Shown here piece after piece: positions 1-12,051 of a stretch of DNA of 43,753 nucleotides. The DNA is from Paraspadella gotoi (taxonomy: Eukaryota; Animalia; Chaetognatha). The notes beneath the pieces were generated by a model, which worked only from the letters and a program-made list of their open reading frames with translations, had not been told where the DNA came from and did no database searches. Position 1 is the first letter of the stretch, and each line of letters starts with the position of its first letter. Made by a program: the position numbers and the translations under genes. Location of the stretch: contig CM119267.1 of the NCBI GenBank assembly GCA_051294375.1, positions 7,029,545 to 7,073,297 on the forward strand, read 5' to 3'.

Positions 1-416
1 TGGATGGGGCAGTGGGGAGTGGTCGATCGTGTGGCAGATAATGAAATTTCTTGTGGGGCACGAGATCTCGTTAAAGTATGAGACGAGAATGAGTTAGGGT
101 ATGGCCAATCTTATATTTTGCTAATACCCGAATGTAAGGCAAATGGTCAGTCGCTTAGCGTTTGTCTATAGCTTTTTGGGATTGAGAGTGGAGCCGGAGT
201 GGTCTTGGATGTGGCGGAATACGCGCGAAGCATTGGAGCGATTGTGTAGCAATCGGGAACAGTGAAAAGAATACGTGAATGTGAAAGTGAGGTCTTTCCC
301 GCGACTCATTGTGCCTGCCATGTCATTCGAGTTGCCGCGAAAACCATTTTAAGATTCATTTGAGCTCGAATATCATTTCGCCGAGAAGAGAATCCCCTTC
401 GCCACTTTGAATCTCT

Positions 417-585
417 NNNNNNNNNNNNNNNNNNNNNNNNNNNNNNNNNNNNNNNNNNNNNNNNNNNNNNNNNNNNNNNNNNNNNNNNNNNNNNNNNNNN
501 NNNNNNNNNNNNNNNNNNNNNNNNNNNNNNNNNNNNNNNNNNNNNNNNNNNNNNNNNNNNNNNNNNNNNNNNNNNNNNNNNNNNN
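417..585. other. Assembly gap (169 N)
   Basis: Run of N. Other sized gaps: 9813-10028, 35500-35599, 40433-40442, 42634-42868. Confidence 0.99.
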
Positions 586-1239
586 CCTGCTCTATCGTTT
601 CCGGCTGAACGCGCGACCGGAGAAGCGAGAAATTTATCCTCCACGTAAAAACGTAGTCTTCTTTTCTTCCGCCGCTAGGGTTTTACTATCGCATTCGCTT
701 TTTTTAAATGGGAGGATAAGCAGTTCGTAAAATAAATCTTGTTTTCTTTTTAATGGATAATTAATGTTACAACTAATTTTTTTTTTTTTAATTTTTTTAC
801 AAAGTGGATGAAAAAATTAAGAGTGATTTTTTCCCCCCACCCGCAGGATGAAGGCTGAATAGTAAAAACTTTTTCGTACCGTACAGAAAGTTTTTTGAAA
901 ATATTTTTGATTGAGCTTCTCGAAAAGCACAAGCGCGTACGTGAGAGTTTATTATTTGCAGGACTGCCGATTATATATCACCGGCGAATCACAACTTCTC
1001 CGCACACCAGCTTCCGAAAATGTTTGCCTCATCGACGCATCAACCCTGAGATCCCATAACTTCTTCCGATCATCAAAATATATCGCGGAGCATCAATCTT
1101 CGCCGTCGCTTCCCGCGATTCTAACGATTCGGTGCCATCATTCCGATGGATGAGACTCGGTTCCACTCCGATCGAGGGCAGCCATCCGACAAACAAATCG
1201 GGGATCTTTTCATCTTCTTATTTTGGTATCGTTCTCTCT

Positions 1240-1600
1240 TATCCGGCTCCGTCTCTCTCTTCTCTTCTCTCTTTCTCTCCTTCCCTGCCTCTCACTTTCT
1301 CTTCCTCCTCTCCCTCCTCCGCGGTTCTACGATCGCTCTACCTCTCTCTCCCATCCTCAATCTCTCACCTCTCCCTCAAAGCACATTACTCCTCTCGACC
1401 GCCCTCGCGTCCCTCTACCTCCTTCCAGCTCTCTCTCTCCCATCGACTCTCCATCTCTCTCCTCCTCCTCCTCTCTTTTCCGTTCCACTTTTACCTTCCA
1501 ACCTCGCTTTCGGGTCTCTTTTCCTTCCACTGCTCACCTCCTCCCAGCATTGTTCACGCCAAGGAGAGTGGGAAAGAGGAAGAGAGAGAGGAGAGAGGGA
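1240..1600. repeat. Degenerate CT-rich then GA-rich low-complexity tract
   Basis: Pyrimidine tract to about 1545, then purine tract; overlapping ORFs are Ser/Leu/Pro low complexity. Confidence 0.85.
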
Positions 1601-3420
1601 TAGATTATCAATATTAGGATTGGATTACTTTAAAATTATATTAAATATATAAAAAAATAAATAATCTATAATAACATAAATAAAATTAAATATATTAATT
1701 TTTAAACAATTATATTATTAAATTAAAATTAATTTTAAATTTAAAAATTTATAATTTTATATTTAAAATAAATATACAAAACCAAAAGATAAAAAAATAA
1801 TATAAAAAAAAAATTAATTACATTTAAAAACTAAAATAATTAATTTATAGAAATAAAAATGAAAAATATATCATCACCTCTTGGATATTCATCTATAAAT
1901 ATTTACAAAATAAAAAATTCCCGCGCAGGTTAGAGCAATTAGAAAAATAATTCCGCAACGTTGACTAAATCAATGATTCGAATACAAAAAACATTCTTAA
2001 AATAGAAATAGAATGAAATACAAATTAATGTAATCTATTTTTTTTAAATATTTATCATTTTTTGGCATCTTTTTTTTAAACAGGGTTTGTCGGTCTCATG
2101 AATAAATTTAATATAAAAAATTTTGTTCCTTAAGTTCGAATCAATTAAGGTAATAAATTCTAATACTGAGTAAATGCCCACTAAAGCAGAATTCCGATCA
2201 AAGCCTGTTCTCGGTCACATCTCATCTCTATCTCTCTCAGTCTCACTATCTCATACTGACTTCTCCCCTCGCTCGACAGTCCTGCTCGGTCTCTCGTCCT
2301 ACTTTATCGATCCATCTCAATCCGTACTTCTCATACGCGTCTCTTCCTTACTTACTATCATCAGAGTTAAAGAATCAACGCATCGTCCTCTCTCTTCGTC
2401 TCTCTCTCTCTCTCTCTACCTGCATCATCCTCCCTCTGATGCCCGGAGCCATTTTGATCTCAACTCATGCTTCCCGCTATTTTCCCATTTCTCGTCCGTC
2501 TTAAGTCCATTCCTCGTCCTCAAGGGGAAGAGAGAGGAGAGAAAGACAGACAAGAGAGAGAGAAAGATATAGAGCGTCGAAGAGAGAGAAACTAAAGAGA
2601 GAGCCTTATAACAATAGCTTACTAAAATGAAATGCGTAAAGCCTGAGGCTGAAGCGGCGTGCGCTTCCATATTATTTTAAGTTGTGACGTATTTTGAACG
2701 TATCTCTCGGTTAAAGAAATAATAAGTCATCTGAACAGACTATGGGCGTCTTGCTCATAGTTGTTACTATAATTTAAAATAATAGTTTCGGCTCACGGTT
2801 TTGGTACTACAAAAAATCAATAAAAATTGAAGACGAAGCCCTCGAAAGAAGCTTGAAAAGCGCCCAGGTACGGATTTCAGAATTCAAATTACTTCGAAAT
2901 TGATTTTTTTTTTTAAGGGGACCCAGTGATCGGGAGGGGTAGAAAGCTTGAAAGCATAACGATTCTTGGTCCCTTAAAACTACGCTGAGTTCAGATTAAA
3001 TGATTTTCTTTTTCCTCTGGGATCTAACGGAAAATGGTCAAAAAAAAAATTCGATTCTTGGTCAGCTCGCTGATTTTTTGTTTGAAAATTCGGTATCGGA
3101 CAAATCTTTCTCGTGTTTTAGAATTTTTCCTCAAGAAAGACGTAAAGACATTGTATTTAAATTGTTTCCTTTGTTTCATTAATGCGTTTAATTATTGTGC
3201 GGCTGGTGGCCATAAAAGCAACTTCTCCACGCATGAAGTTAAGAGAAGTGTATCCGAACTTTTCTGAGTCTTTGTTCCGCGTAAGGGAAATCATAATCTC
3301 AGGGTGGTAGTGTAGAAATGGCTTTTCCAGTGATTTCTGAGCCACTGTCAGGGTTTGATTGATTGATTGATTGGTAGAACTTAGTTTTTGTCAAGCTGCC
3401 CCAATAAGTCAAGGCAAGAT

Positions 3421-4190
3421 CCAAGACGATGAAACGAAAACGATGGCAAAGACGATGACGACAACAAAACGTCGAAGAAGACAACGAAAAATCACACAAC
3501 GAAAAATGACGAAAGAAAGACGAACGAAGAAGAACGAGGAAAACGAGACGAAAACAAGACGAAAAGCACAACGAAAACGACAAAGAAAAGATGAAACGAC
3601 GACGCGAAGACGACGACGAAAACGGAAACGATGAAGACGACGACGAAAACGATGTCGAAGACGACGATGAAAACGAACGATGAAGACGACAAACGACAAC
3701 GAAAAACGATAAGACGACGAACGAAAACGACAAGAAAACGTCAAAAGAAAACGACGATGAAGACGACGAAACGACGAAATGAACGACGACGAATGAATAA
3801 CGACGATGAAAACGACGATGAAGACGACAAAAACGCACGACGAAAAACGTCGGTCAAACGACGACGACGAAAACGACGATGAAGACGACGACGAAAACAA
3901 CAATGAAGACGACGACGAATATACGATAAAGAAAACGAACGACAACGAAAACGACAACGAAAACGACCAAAAAATGACAAAGAAAACGATAAAAACGACG
4001 ACGAAGACCACGACGAAAACGTGATTGACCACGGACGAAAACGAGTGAAGACGACGACGAAAAACGATGAAAAACGACGGACGAAGACAACGACGACGAA
4101 AAACGATAAAGACTACGAATAAGACGAGGAAAACGACGACTAAAGAATGAAAAAGACAAAGAAGACGATGAAACGAAGACATTGACGACG
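3421..4190 (+). repeat. Degenerate GACGACGA(TGA)AAAC/GAAGAC low-complexity array (left arm)
   Basis: Repeated GACGAC, GAAAAC and GATGAA modules. Confidence 0.92.
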
Positions 4191-4463
4191 AAAAGGATGG
4201 TAAAAACAAAGACAAAGAAAACAGAGAGAGACAGAGACGGAGAGAAGCGTAACATTTCTGCCGTATGAGTTATTCTTTCACTTTTTTCTAAAATAAATCC
4301 ACTAAAATCTCAGATGTAAATTTGGGATTTTGTATTGAGAAAAAAGCGCGGAATAAATGGCGATAAAAAAATTAGCAGAATTTTACAAAAACGACGATCA
4401 CGCAAGAGATTGTACAGAGAAAGAGAGAGAGAGAGGAGAGAGAGAGAAGCTATCACAGCACCC

Positions 4464-4822
4464 ATTTCGTCGCCTTTTTTGTCGTCTTCTTCTTCTTCTT
4501 CATCGTCAATTTTCATCTTCGTTTTCATCGTCGTCTTCGACATCGTTGTCGTCATTTTCTTCATCATTTTCGTCGTCGTCGTTGTCATTGTCTTTCCGTC
4601 GTTTCTGTCGTCTTCTTCGTTGTCTTCGTCGTCGACAATTTGTCGTCGTTTTCGCTTCTTCTTTGGTTGTCTTCTTCATCGTCAGTTTTGTCTTCCTCTT
4701 CGTCGTCATTTTCGTTGTCTTCGTCGTCATTTCGTCGTCGTCTTCGTCGCATTTTCGTCGTCGTCTTCATCATCATCTATTGCCGTCGTTTTAATCGGTT
4801 TTCTTCCTTGTTGTTGTCGTCG
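4464..4822 (-). repeat. Same GAC-rich array in inverted orientation (right arm)
   Basis: Repeated GTCGTC, GTTTTC and TTCATC modules. Confidence 0.9.
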
Positions 4823-4959
4823 GTTTCCTTCTACCAATCAATCAATCAGAAACATTTGCAGATTTGCAGATTTACAGTTCGGAACACTTTTAAACTGGAT
4901 TCACTGATTCATACAAGAAAAGCGGAAAAAAAGTGAATAAAAAGTTTTTTTGGTAAAAA

Positions 4960-5310
4960 TAAAGAGAGAGAGAGAGAAGAAAGAAAAGAGAGAGAGACAC
5001 AGAGAGAGACAGAGAGAGAGAGAGACGGAGAGAGAGGAAAGAGTGAGAGAGAGAGAGAAAGAGAGAGAGAAAAGCTGAACTTACGTTTTTAAACGATTCA
5101 GAAAAGGAGCGCCTGATAATTTTTTTTTTAGAAAGAAAAAAAATAATCATAATTTTTCAAAAAAAACGAACGATCAGCAAGAGATCGTACAGAGAGACAG
5201 ACACAGAGAGAAGACGGAGAGAGAAAGAAAAGAGAGAAAGGAAGAGAGAGAGAGAGAGAGAGCCAGAACCTCTTTTTAAAACGATTCAGAAAAGGCAGCG
5301 CCTGATAAAA
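4960..5310. repeat. (AG)n tracts with short local duplications
   Basis: TTTTTAAACGATTCAGAAAAGG(C)AGCGCCTGATAA occurs near 5086 and 5273. AAAAACGA(A)CGATCA(C)GCAAGAGAT(T/C)GTACAGAGA occurs near 4387 and 5162. Confidence 0.8.
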
Positions 5311-6885
5311 AAAGAAAAAATATATATATATATATAATTTAAAGAAATAATAATAAAGAATAATTTCTTGACAGACCGACCGCATCACCGCATAAAACGG
5401 GTAAAACCGAAAAGGAATAGTTTTTAAACGTTTACCGCGTGGAATTCGAGATTTCAGTCATCTTTCTTCGTTTTATTATTTCCCTAAATTTTTTTTTGTT
5501 CGCATACGGAGAATTCAAGAGGATAAAAAAGACCTTTCAACTGGTTACTGAATTTATGGATATGTCTCACGGTATGGCCCCGCACGAAATGAGAACAGTC
5601 TTTTTTGAAAATCCTTGGAGAACGTATTTAGTTGTTTTTACTTTCCTTTTCGAGATAAAATCTGGCCTTTTTATCCATAATTTTAGATTCTATTGATACC
5701 GGACTCCAATATTCTGCTGACAATGGTTTTAACAGCCGGCAACTATACTTATCCAGACATTTGCTGAAGAAATTTTGAGAGTCTCTCTTCTTTTTTCTCT
5801 CTCACTGTCTTCTCTCTCACTCTCTCTCTCTGATTTTCATCCTACTCATCTGCTTCACTCCTCATCCTCCTCATTTCTTATCTACTCTTTCTTACCATAG
5901 AAATGATTTGAATTTAGATGCAATGTCTAATAAATAAACCAATCTCGATATTTTGTAATAAAATCTTTTTTATGCAATAGTAATTAGGAATTAATGTTGA
6001 AAAAAAAATTGAGAAAGAAGTTAGAAAACAAAATTAAGGAAAAAGAAATTAAAAAAAAATCTGAAATTTAAAAAAACGGTAAAGAAGATTCCGAAATCTT
6101 TTTGTTTACTCGATGCGAAAAAATATACCCCGTTTTATGCGTGATGTATAGTGACTATAGAGTTTGCCTCGCGAGCGAGTTAAACATCGAACCTAAAGAC
6201 GATTCGGTTCAACGACGCGAGAAAAAATTACAAGAGACTCTCTCATTGATCAAACGACAATGGAACCGTCCAATATTAGCCGTATAAATGTAAAGATAAC
6301 AGAGAAAAAAAAGAGAAAATAATAATGAATAAAATGCCATTTCAATTTTATTATCAATACAATTTTGAAATTCACGAGCTTTGCAGACTATTTTGCTGGT
6401 TGACTTTTGGGAACTCCAAAAACCATAGTACCGTAGTACCAGTATTGGTTTTTCTGTTTGAAAAATCGGTTAAGAAATTAAATATCATTCATTCATTGTT
6501 TACTAACTTCTATAATAGGATTTCAGGGTCAAATCGCCATATTATTGTTGGAATTTGTCCAGTCTTTTCCGTAACGATGTTGTGTTCATCAAATTTCAAT
6601 CTGGGCCACCTCGTGCCCTGATTATCTTTTTTTTCTCAAAAAATAAAAAAAAGGAAAAAAATCGGGAATGGTTAAAAATTATGGTATGGAAAAACTTTAC
6701 TCAAGTTTCTTTCAAGTCAAATCATTAATTGGATCAAAGTATAACCTCTAACATTAATACAAGTATGAGAAGAAGGGAAGCGCTCTTTTCTCTCCTAAAA
6801 TCAAATCTGGTTTGCAAACAACAGTCAATCGGAAACCGGAAAGATGTCACTGAGGTCATGATAAATGTTTACCAAATGAAATGAC

Positions 6886-7242
6886 ATCCTGTTCGAATTT
6901 TAAGAGGTATTGACCTTTTTTTCGTCCTTTCCTGTGCGTGCATGGGAAGATGATATCACTATTAAAATTCCTTTATCAGAGGAGGCCCAGACGCAGATTT
7001 CAGCTTTGTAACATCAACAAATAAAATTTTAAAATTTGTGAAAATGTGACTTCTCCAAGTGAAAGTAAGAGAATGGGAGGTATCACTATGTAGAGGAGAT
7101 CCATGGAAATTTTCTAATAATTATCTCGTCTTGTTCGAATTGCAACAAGGAGATGGGGATTTTTTTCTCCACTTTCCGCGCGAAGAAAATTAATGACTAT
7201 CACCATTCGATTCCTTTAATGATAGACCTTAAGTTAGATATC
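6886..7242 (+). repeat. Diverged direct duplication (about 115 bp, period about 242 bp), possibly coding
   Basis: 6886-7001 and 7128-7242 share collinear blocks: TC(C/T)TGTTCGAATT, TTTTTTTC, CTTTCC, TATCAC(T/C)ATT, ATTCCTTTA, AGAT(T/A)TC. Confidence 0.6.
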
Positions 7243-7629
7243 ATTTTTATCACTGAGGTCCCTAAACTTTTTTTTCGAATTTTTAACGAAGAAATAGAAT
7301 AAAATTGGAATTTAAAAACCTCGAATGAAACATGATATTCGAAGAAAAAAAAAAATAGAAGTGAAAAATCGATACGATTCGAAATCGAAAATTTAATTTA
7401 AAGGTTCTTTTCAAATTGAATTATAAAGTTTGTAAGTTTTTCGGTGAATAATATTTGAATAGATGGAATCAGGGAGGATTGAAAGGTCAAATTGAAAAAA
7501 ACAAAAACAAAAAACAGCTCAATCCTGTTGGACGCGCAAAACATCGTCTGTCTTGTTATGGTTAAAAAAACAATTCGACTAATTAGAGACATAGAAACTT
7601 GGGAAACAAGACATGATCCATAGGGATTA

Positions 7630-7930
7630 AGGGACACAGACTGAACCGTATGATGGACAAAGAAGAATCCATTCTAGGAGACAAGCTGAACCGATGATGG
7701 ACAAAGGAAAGATCCATTCAAGGAGACAGCTGAACCGATGATAGAGAGAGATAGAATTCATTAAAGACAAAGTTTGAACCGATGATGGACAGAGATAGAA
7801 TCAAGTAGATACTCTGAAACGGATAACAGAATCCATTAAGGAACACAGGGCTGGACGATGTAGACAGAGATCGAATTAATTCGAGGACACAGACTAAAAC
7901 CGATTGGGAACACAGCATCCATGTTAAAGA
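7630..7930 (+). repeat. Noisy ~42-bp minisatellite, about 7 units
   Basis: Consensus close to GAGACAGCTGAACCGATGATGGACAGAGATAGAATCCATTAAG; CTGAACCG(T)ATGAT recurs at about 43-47 bp spacing. Confidence 0.8.
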
Positions 7931-8216
7931 CTAACACGACATCATGTGCGCTTCGAATGAAACCCATTGAGAAATAGCTTTTATTTTTCTGACCAAAAAA
8001 AAGATTTGGCCAATTGGTAGCGAAAAGAGGGGGAGGAAGTTAAAAAATAAAAGAAAAAATGATAAGAAAGGAAAGAAAAAAAGGAGACGCCGAACTGAAC
8101 AGTGAAGAGAGAAAAACGAATTAACAAGTCGCCGGTCGCCATTGAGTCTCTTCAGTCCGGAGAAGAAAGAGGCTGAGAGGCAGAAGAAAAAATAAAGTGA
8201 AGAATCGCAGAAACGT

Positions 8217-8266
<50 letters not shown>

Positions 8267-9455
8267 AGAGAGAGAGAAATTAAAAAAATAAGTACACATC
8301 GTTCTACGTCTTGAAAAGACGTTACTGCTGGACACAGATTTTTTTTCAGAATTTAGGTCTGCTCTATCTACTGTATGTCAATAGTAAGAACTATAGTATG
8401 AATTATAAACGTTATATCATTAATAACAAAATAAGGAGACATCTTTGCCACAATTTGCCCAGATCAATAGCAAATCTCAGCTGAGAATCTCCACAACGCG
8501 CCACTAAAAAGAAAAGAACGAAAAAACGAAAAAAAATGGGAGACCAAGAGAGAAAATCAGTTGCTTTTTTCTTCTAAATCGTTTTTTATTCACCCAATCA
8601 TTATTTGTCTCCTCTTCGCCAAAGTCTGCCATCTTCATCCTCTCTCTCTCTCTCATCTCTCTCATCTTCTCATCTCCCTCTCTCTCTCTCTCTCTCTCTC
8701 GCGACTAAAGCAGAAGCGCTATAGAGCGACAGATTCGCTGACAACAAAAAATGGATCCATCACATTTTTTTTCCTTCTTTTTTTTTTTTTTTGAAAGGAT
8801 CAGAGGCAAAATGTAATTAGGCTTGAGATTAGGACAGCGTTTGGGCCTTTTAGGGCACTTTTTTTTTCGAAAGCGCCCAATTTCTCTTCTTAATCACTAT
8901 TAATATTTTACCTTATCGTTAACCTTATCCATACATTGATTAATACCGTACCTGATCCCTAACCCTAAACCGTACTAAAAAAAAAAAAAATTCTAAATTT
9001 AAGCATTTTGAAAATATATGGCCTAAGCTAAGGAGATGGGGAAATTTTATGAAAAGTATCAAAAGATTGGGAAAATGGCCGAGTTAAAAGAGACCGACAT
9101 GGCGTGAACACACTGAACAGATTAGGATAAAAACTGCGTGGTAGATGTAGTATAGAGGGAATTCGATAGCGAGGGATGAAGCGACGAATTGGAGCTTTCT
9201 CGACTAAAGCCTCAATGATTGGAGGAGGAAGAGGAGGAGGAGGAGGAGGAAGAGAAAGCGAATGAAAAATAAGGAAAGGACGAGGCCTAAGAAATTGCCC
9301 TTCGCGGTTCTTGGTGATGACAAATATTCCGATGGAAGACGGGAATATACGACCCGGGGCGATGACGAGAGGCAACGGACTGACCACTTGGATCAGCAAT
9401 CTATTTATTCTCCTTCAAATAGGGACAACGGTCGATGAACCAATAAATGTTACCT
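7911..9455 (+). repeat. Copy 1 of a ~1.55-kb direct duplication flanking a 25-N gap
   Basis: Starts CACAGCATCCATGTTAAAGACTAACACGAC, as does 9482; collinear, differing mostly by 1-bp indels. Confidence 0.95.
9150..9438 (+). CDS. Candidate acidic coding segment, frame-disrupted
   Basis: Reads about FDSE..SDELELSRLKPQ.LEEEEEEEEEEEK, then after one shift 9262-9438 MKNKERTRPKKLPFAVLGDDKYSDGRREYTTRGDDERQRTDHLDQQSIYSPSNRDNGR*. Second copy near 10825-11128. No homology recognised. Confidence 0.25.
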
Positions 9456-9456
9456 A

Positions 9457-9481
9457 NNNNNNNNNNNNNNNNNNNNNNNNN
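9457..9481. other. 25-N gap (also 20201-20225, 20606-20630, 25466-25490)
   Basis: Each gap is exactly 25 N and sits between duplicated sequences; consistent with PBJelly-style overfilled-gap placeholders. Confidence 0.9.
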
Positions 9482-10285
9482 CACAGCATCCATGTTAAAG
9501 ACTAACACGACATTCATGTGCGCTTCGAATGGAAACCCATTGAGAAAATAGCTTTTATTTTTCTGACCAAAAAAAAAGTTTTGGGCCAATTGGTAAGCGA
9601 AAAGAGGGGGGAGGAAGTCTAAAGAAAATAAAAGAAAAAAGGAAAGAAAGGAAAAGAAAAAAAGGAGACGCGACTGAACAGTGAAGAGAGAAAACAATTA
9701 AACAAGTCGCCGGTCGCCATTGAGTCTCTTCAGTCCGGAGAAGAAAGAGGCTGAGAGGCAGAAGAAAAATAAAGTGAAGAATCGCAGAGAAGCGTGAGAG
9801 AGAGAGAGAGAGNNNNNNNNNNNNNNNNNNNNNNNNNNNNNNNNNNNNNNNNNNNNNNNNNNNNNNNNNNNNNNNNNNNNNNNNNNNNNNNNNNNNNNNN
9901 NNNNNNNNNNNNNNNNNNNNNNNNNNNNNNNNNNNNNNNNNNNNNNNNNNNNNNNNNNNNNNNNNNNNNNNNNNNNNNNNNNNNNNNNNNNNNNNNNNNN
10001 NNNNNNNNNNNNNNNNNNNNNNNNNNNNAGAACTATAGTATGAATTATAAACGTTAAATATCATTAATAACAAAATAAGGAGACATCTTTGCCCACAATT
10101 TGCCCAGATCCAATAAGCAAATCTCAGCTGAAGAATCGCCCACAACGCCGCCACTAAAAAGAAAGAAACGAAAAGAAACCGAAAAAAAATGGGAGACAAG
10201 AGAGAAAATCAGTTGCTTTTTCTTCTAAATCGTTTTTCTTTTCACCCAATCCATTATTGTCTTCCTCTTCGCCAAAGTGCTCCTC

Positions 10286-10353
<68 letters not shown>

Positions 10354-10900
10354 CGACTAAAGCAGAAGCGCTATAGAGCGACAGATTCGCTTGACACACA
10401 AAACAATGGATTCCAATCAAACATATTTTTTTCCTTCTTTTTTTTTTTTTTTTTTTTGCAAAGGATTCAAGCGGGCCAAAATGTAGGTTAGGCTTGAGAT
10501 CTAGACAGCGTTTGGCCTTCTTAGGGGCACTTTTTTTTTTCGAAAGCGCCCCCATTTCTCTCTTTAACACTAATAATATTTTACCTTATCTTAACCTTAT
10601 CCATACAGTTGATTAATAACCGTAACTGATCCCTAACCCTAAACCCTTACTAAAAAAAAAACTAATTAAGCATTTTTGAAATATATGCGCCCTAAGCTAA
10701 AGGGATGGGGGAATTTATGAAAAAGTATCAAAGATGTGGAAATGGCCAGTTAAAAAGACCGACATGGCACGTGAAACACTGAACAGATTAGGATAAAAAC
10801 TGCGTGGTGATTTAGTTTTATAGAGGGAATTCGATTAGCGAGGGATGGAAGCGACGAATTGGGAGGCTTTCTCGACTAAAGCCTCAAAGATTGGAGGAGA

Positions 10901-10932
<32 letters not shown>

Positions 10933-11140
10933 GAAGAGAAGCCGAATGAAAAATAAGGAAAGACGAGCCTCAGAAATTAGCCCTTCGCGGTTCTCTGGTG
11001 ATGACAAATATTCCGATGGAAACGGGAATATACGACCCGGGCACGAGCGGAACGACGAGAGGCAACGGACTGACCACTTGGATCAGCCAATCTATTATTT
11101 CTCGTTCAAATAGGGACAACGTCGATGAACAATAATGTAC
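9482..11140 (+). repeat. Copy 2 of the ~1.55-kb duplication (contains gap 9813-10028)
   Basis: Collinear with 7911-9455; copy 1 spans the sequence missing in the gap. Confidence 0.95.
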
Positions 11141-11259
11141 CAATAAATGTAATTTGAGGTAGAGGAAGTCGTTCGCTTTTGAATGGGAAGAAAAATTACG
11201 GCAAAAATCACCTTCTGTTTCATCTAGAAATACGACGAATTTCCACAGGATTTTACCAG

Positions 11260-11293
11260 TAATCTCACTAATCTCACTAATCTCACTAATCTC
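11260..11293 (+). repeat. 9-bp tandem repeat (TAATCTCAC)x3.8
   Basis: Read directly. Confidence 0.95.
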
Positions 11294-12051
11294 TAAAGGA
11301 GGGGACGTCAGTTGCTCAAGAAAATGAAAAGCAATGTTCTGTGATGGAATTTTGTTTCATTTCCTAAAATCCCGATTTTTTTTCTTAATTAAAAAAAAGA
11401 TTACTTTTATTTAATTTTCTCTGTCATTATAAAAAAATATCATATATTTGTCATTTACTTTTTCCAACATCAAAATTCATTGAAAAAAAAATAATTATTT
11501 TCTTTAGTTGGCCAAAGTCCAACTTTCTCAATTTTGTTTTCTCTTCCTTTTTTTTCTGTCCCTTTTCCCATTAAATTTTAATTTTTTCATTCCCACTTCT
11601 TTACAAGCACGAATAACAGACGTTACTTATTTATTAATTCTTCTTTTTTTTTCCTCACCGAACGTGATCTCTACCGACGAGAAGTCTCGCATGTAACTCC
11701 AATCTATATAAACTTCCGTATGTAATTGAAATCAATTCACGGAGCAAGCGGAGGTGATTAGGGGGATGTAAGAGGGAATAGCCGGAGGCGAAACCGAGAA
11801 GAATATCTTCGATTCCCATCGTCTGCCACAATCTCATACATATTCATGGTCTCTCTCTCTCTCTCTCTCTCTCAGAGTCTTGTCTTTCAGTCAGTCTACC
11901 TTTCTGATTCGTTATATATCCGTACGTCAATCTTTATTCGCTTATCAGATGACGACTGAGCGGCACCCGTAATTCACTCTACTCCAGGCGATTATGGCTC
12001 AACCGGCTGTGGATTCATTTCACTGAATAATGCAAGGACCTCAGAGAATAA

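Larger units (their letters stand above)
3360..4848. mobile_element. Foldback-like non-autonomous element with 20-bp terminal inverted repeats and GAC-rich inverted arms
   Basis: TGATTGATTGATTGGTAGAA (3360-3379) is the exact reverse complement of TTCTACCAATCAATCAATCA (4829-4848); the internal arms point in opposite directions. No target-site duplication seen. Confidence 0.55.

Noticed and set aside
1-416. Higher-GC segment at the window start as a possible exon
   Set aside because: Frames examined are interrupted by stops and no motif is recognised; truncated by the window edge and a gap.
1132-1652. Three overlapping Ser/Leu-rich ORFs, and similar SLSL/RERE ORFs throughout the window
   Set aside because: Products of (CT)n/(AG)n microsatellites.
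3299-4936. Many long overlapping ORFs (up to 268 aa)
   Set aside because: Translations of the GAC/GTC low-complexity arms; open in nearly all frames, so not evidence of coding.
8957-8971. True telomere or interstitial telomere array
   Set aside because: Only two CCCTAA units within a dispersed repeat.
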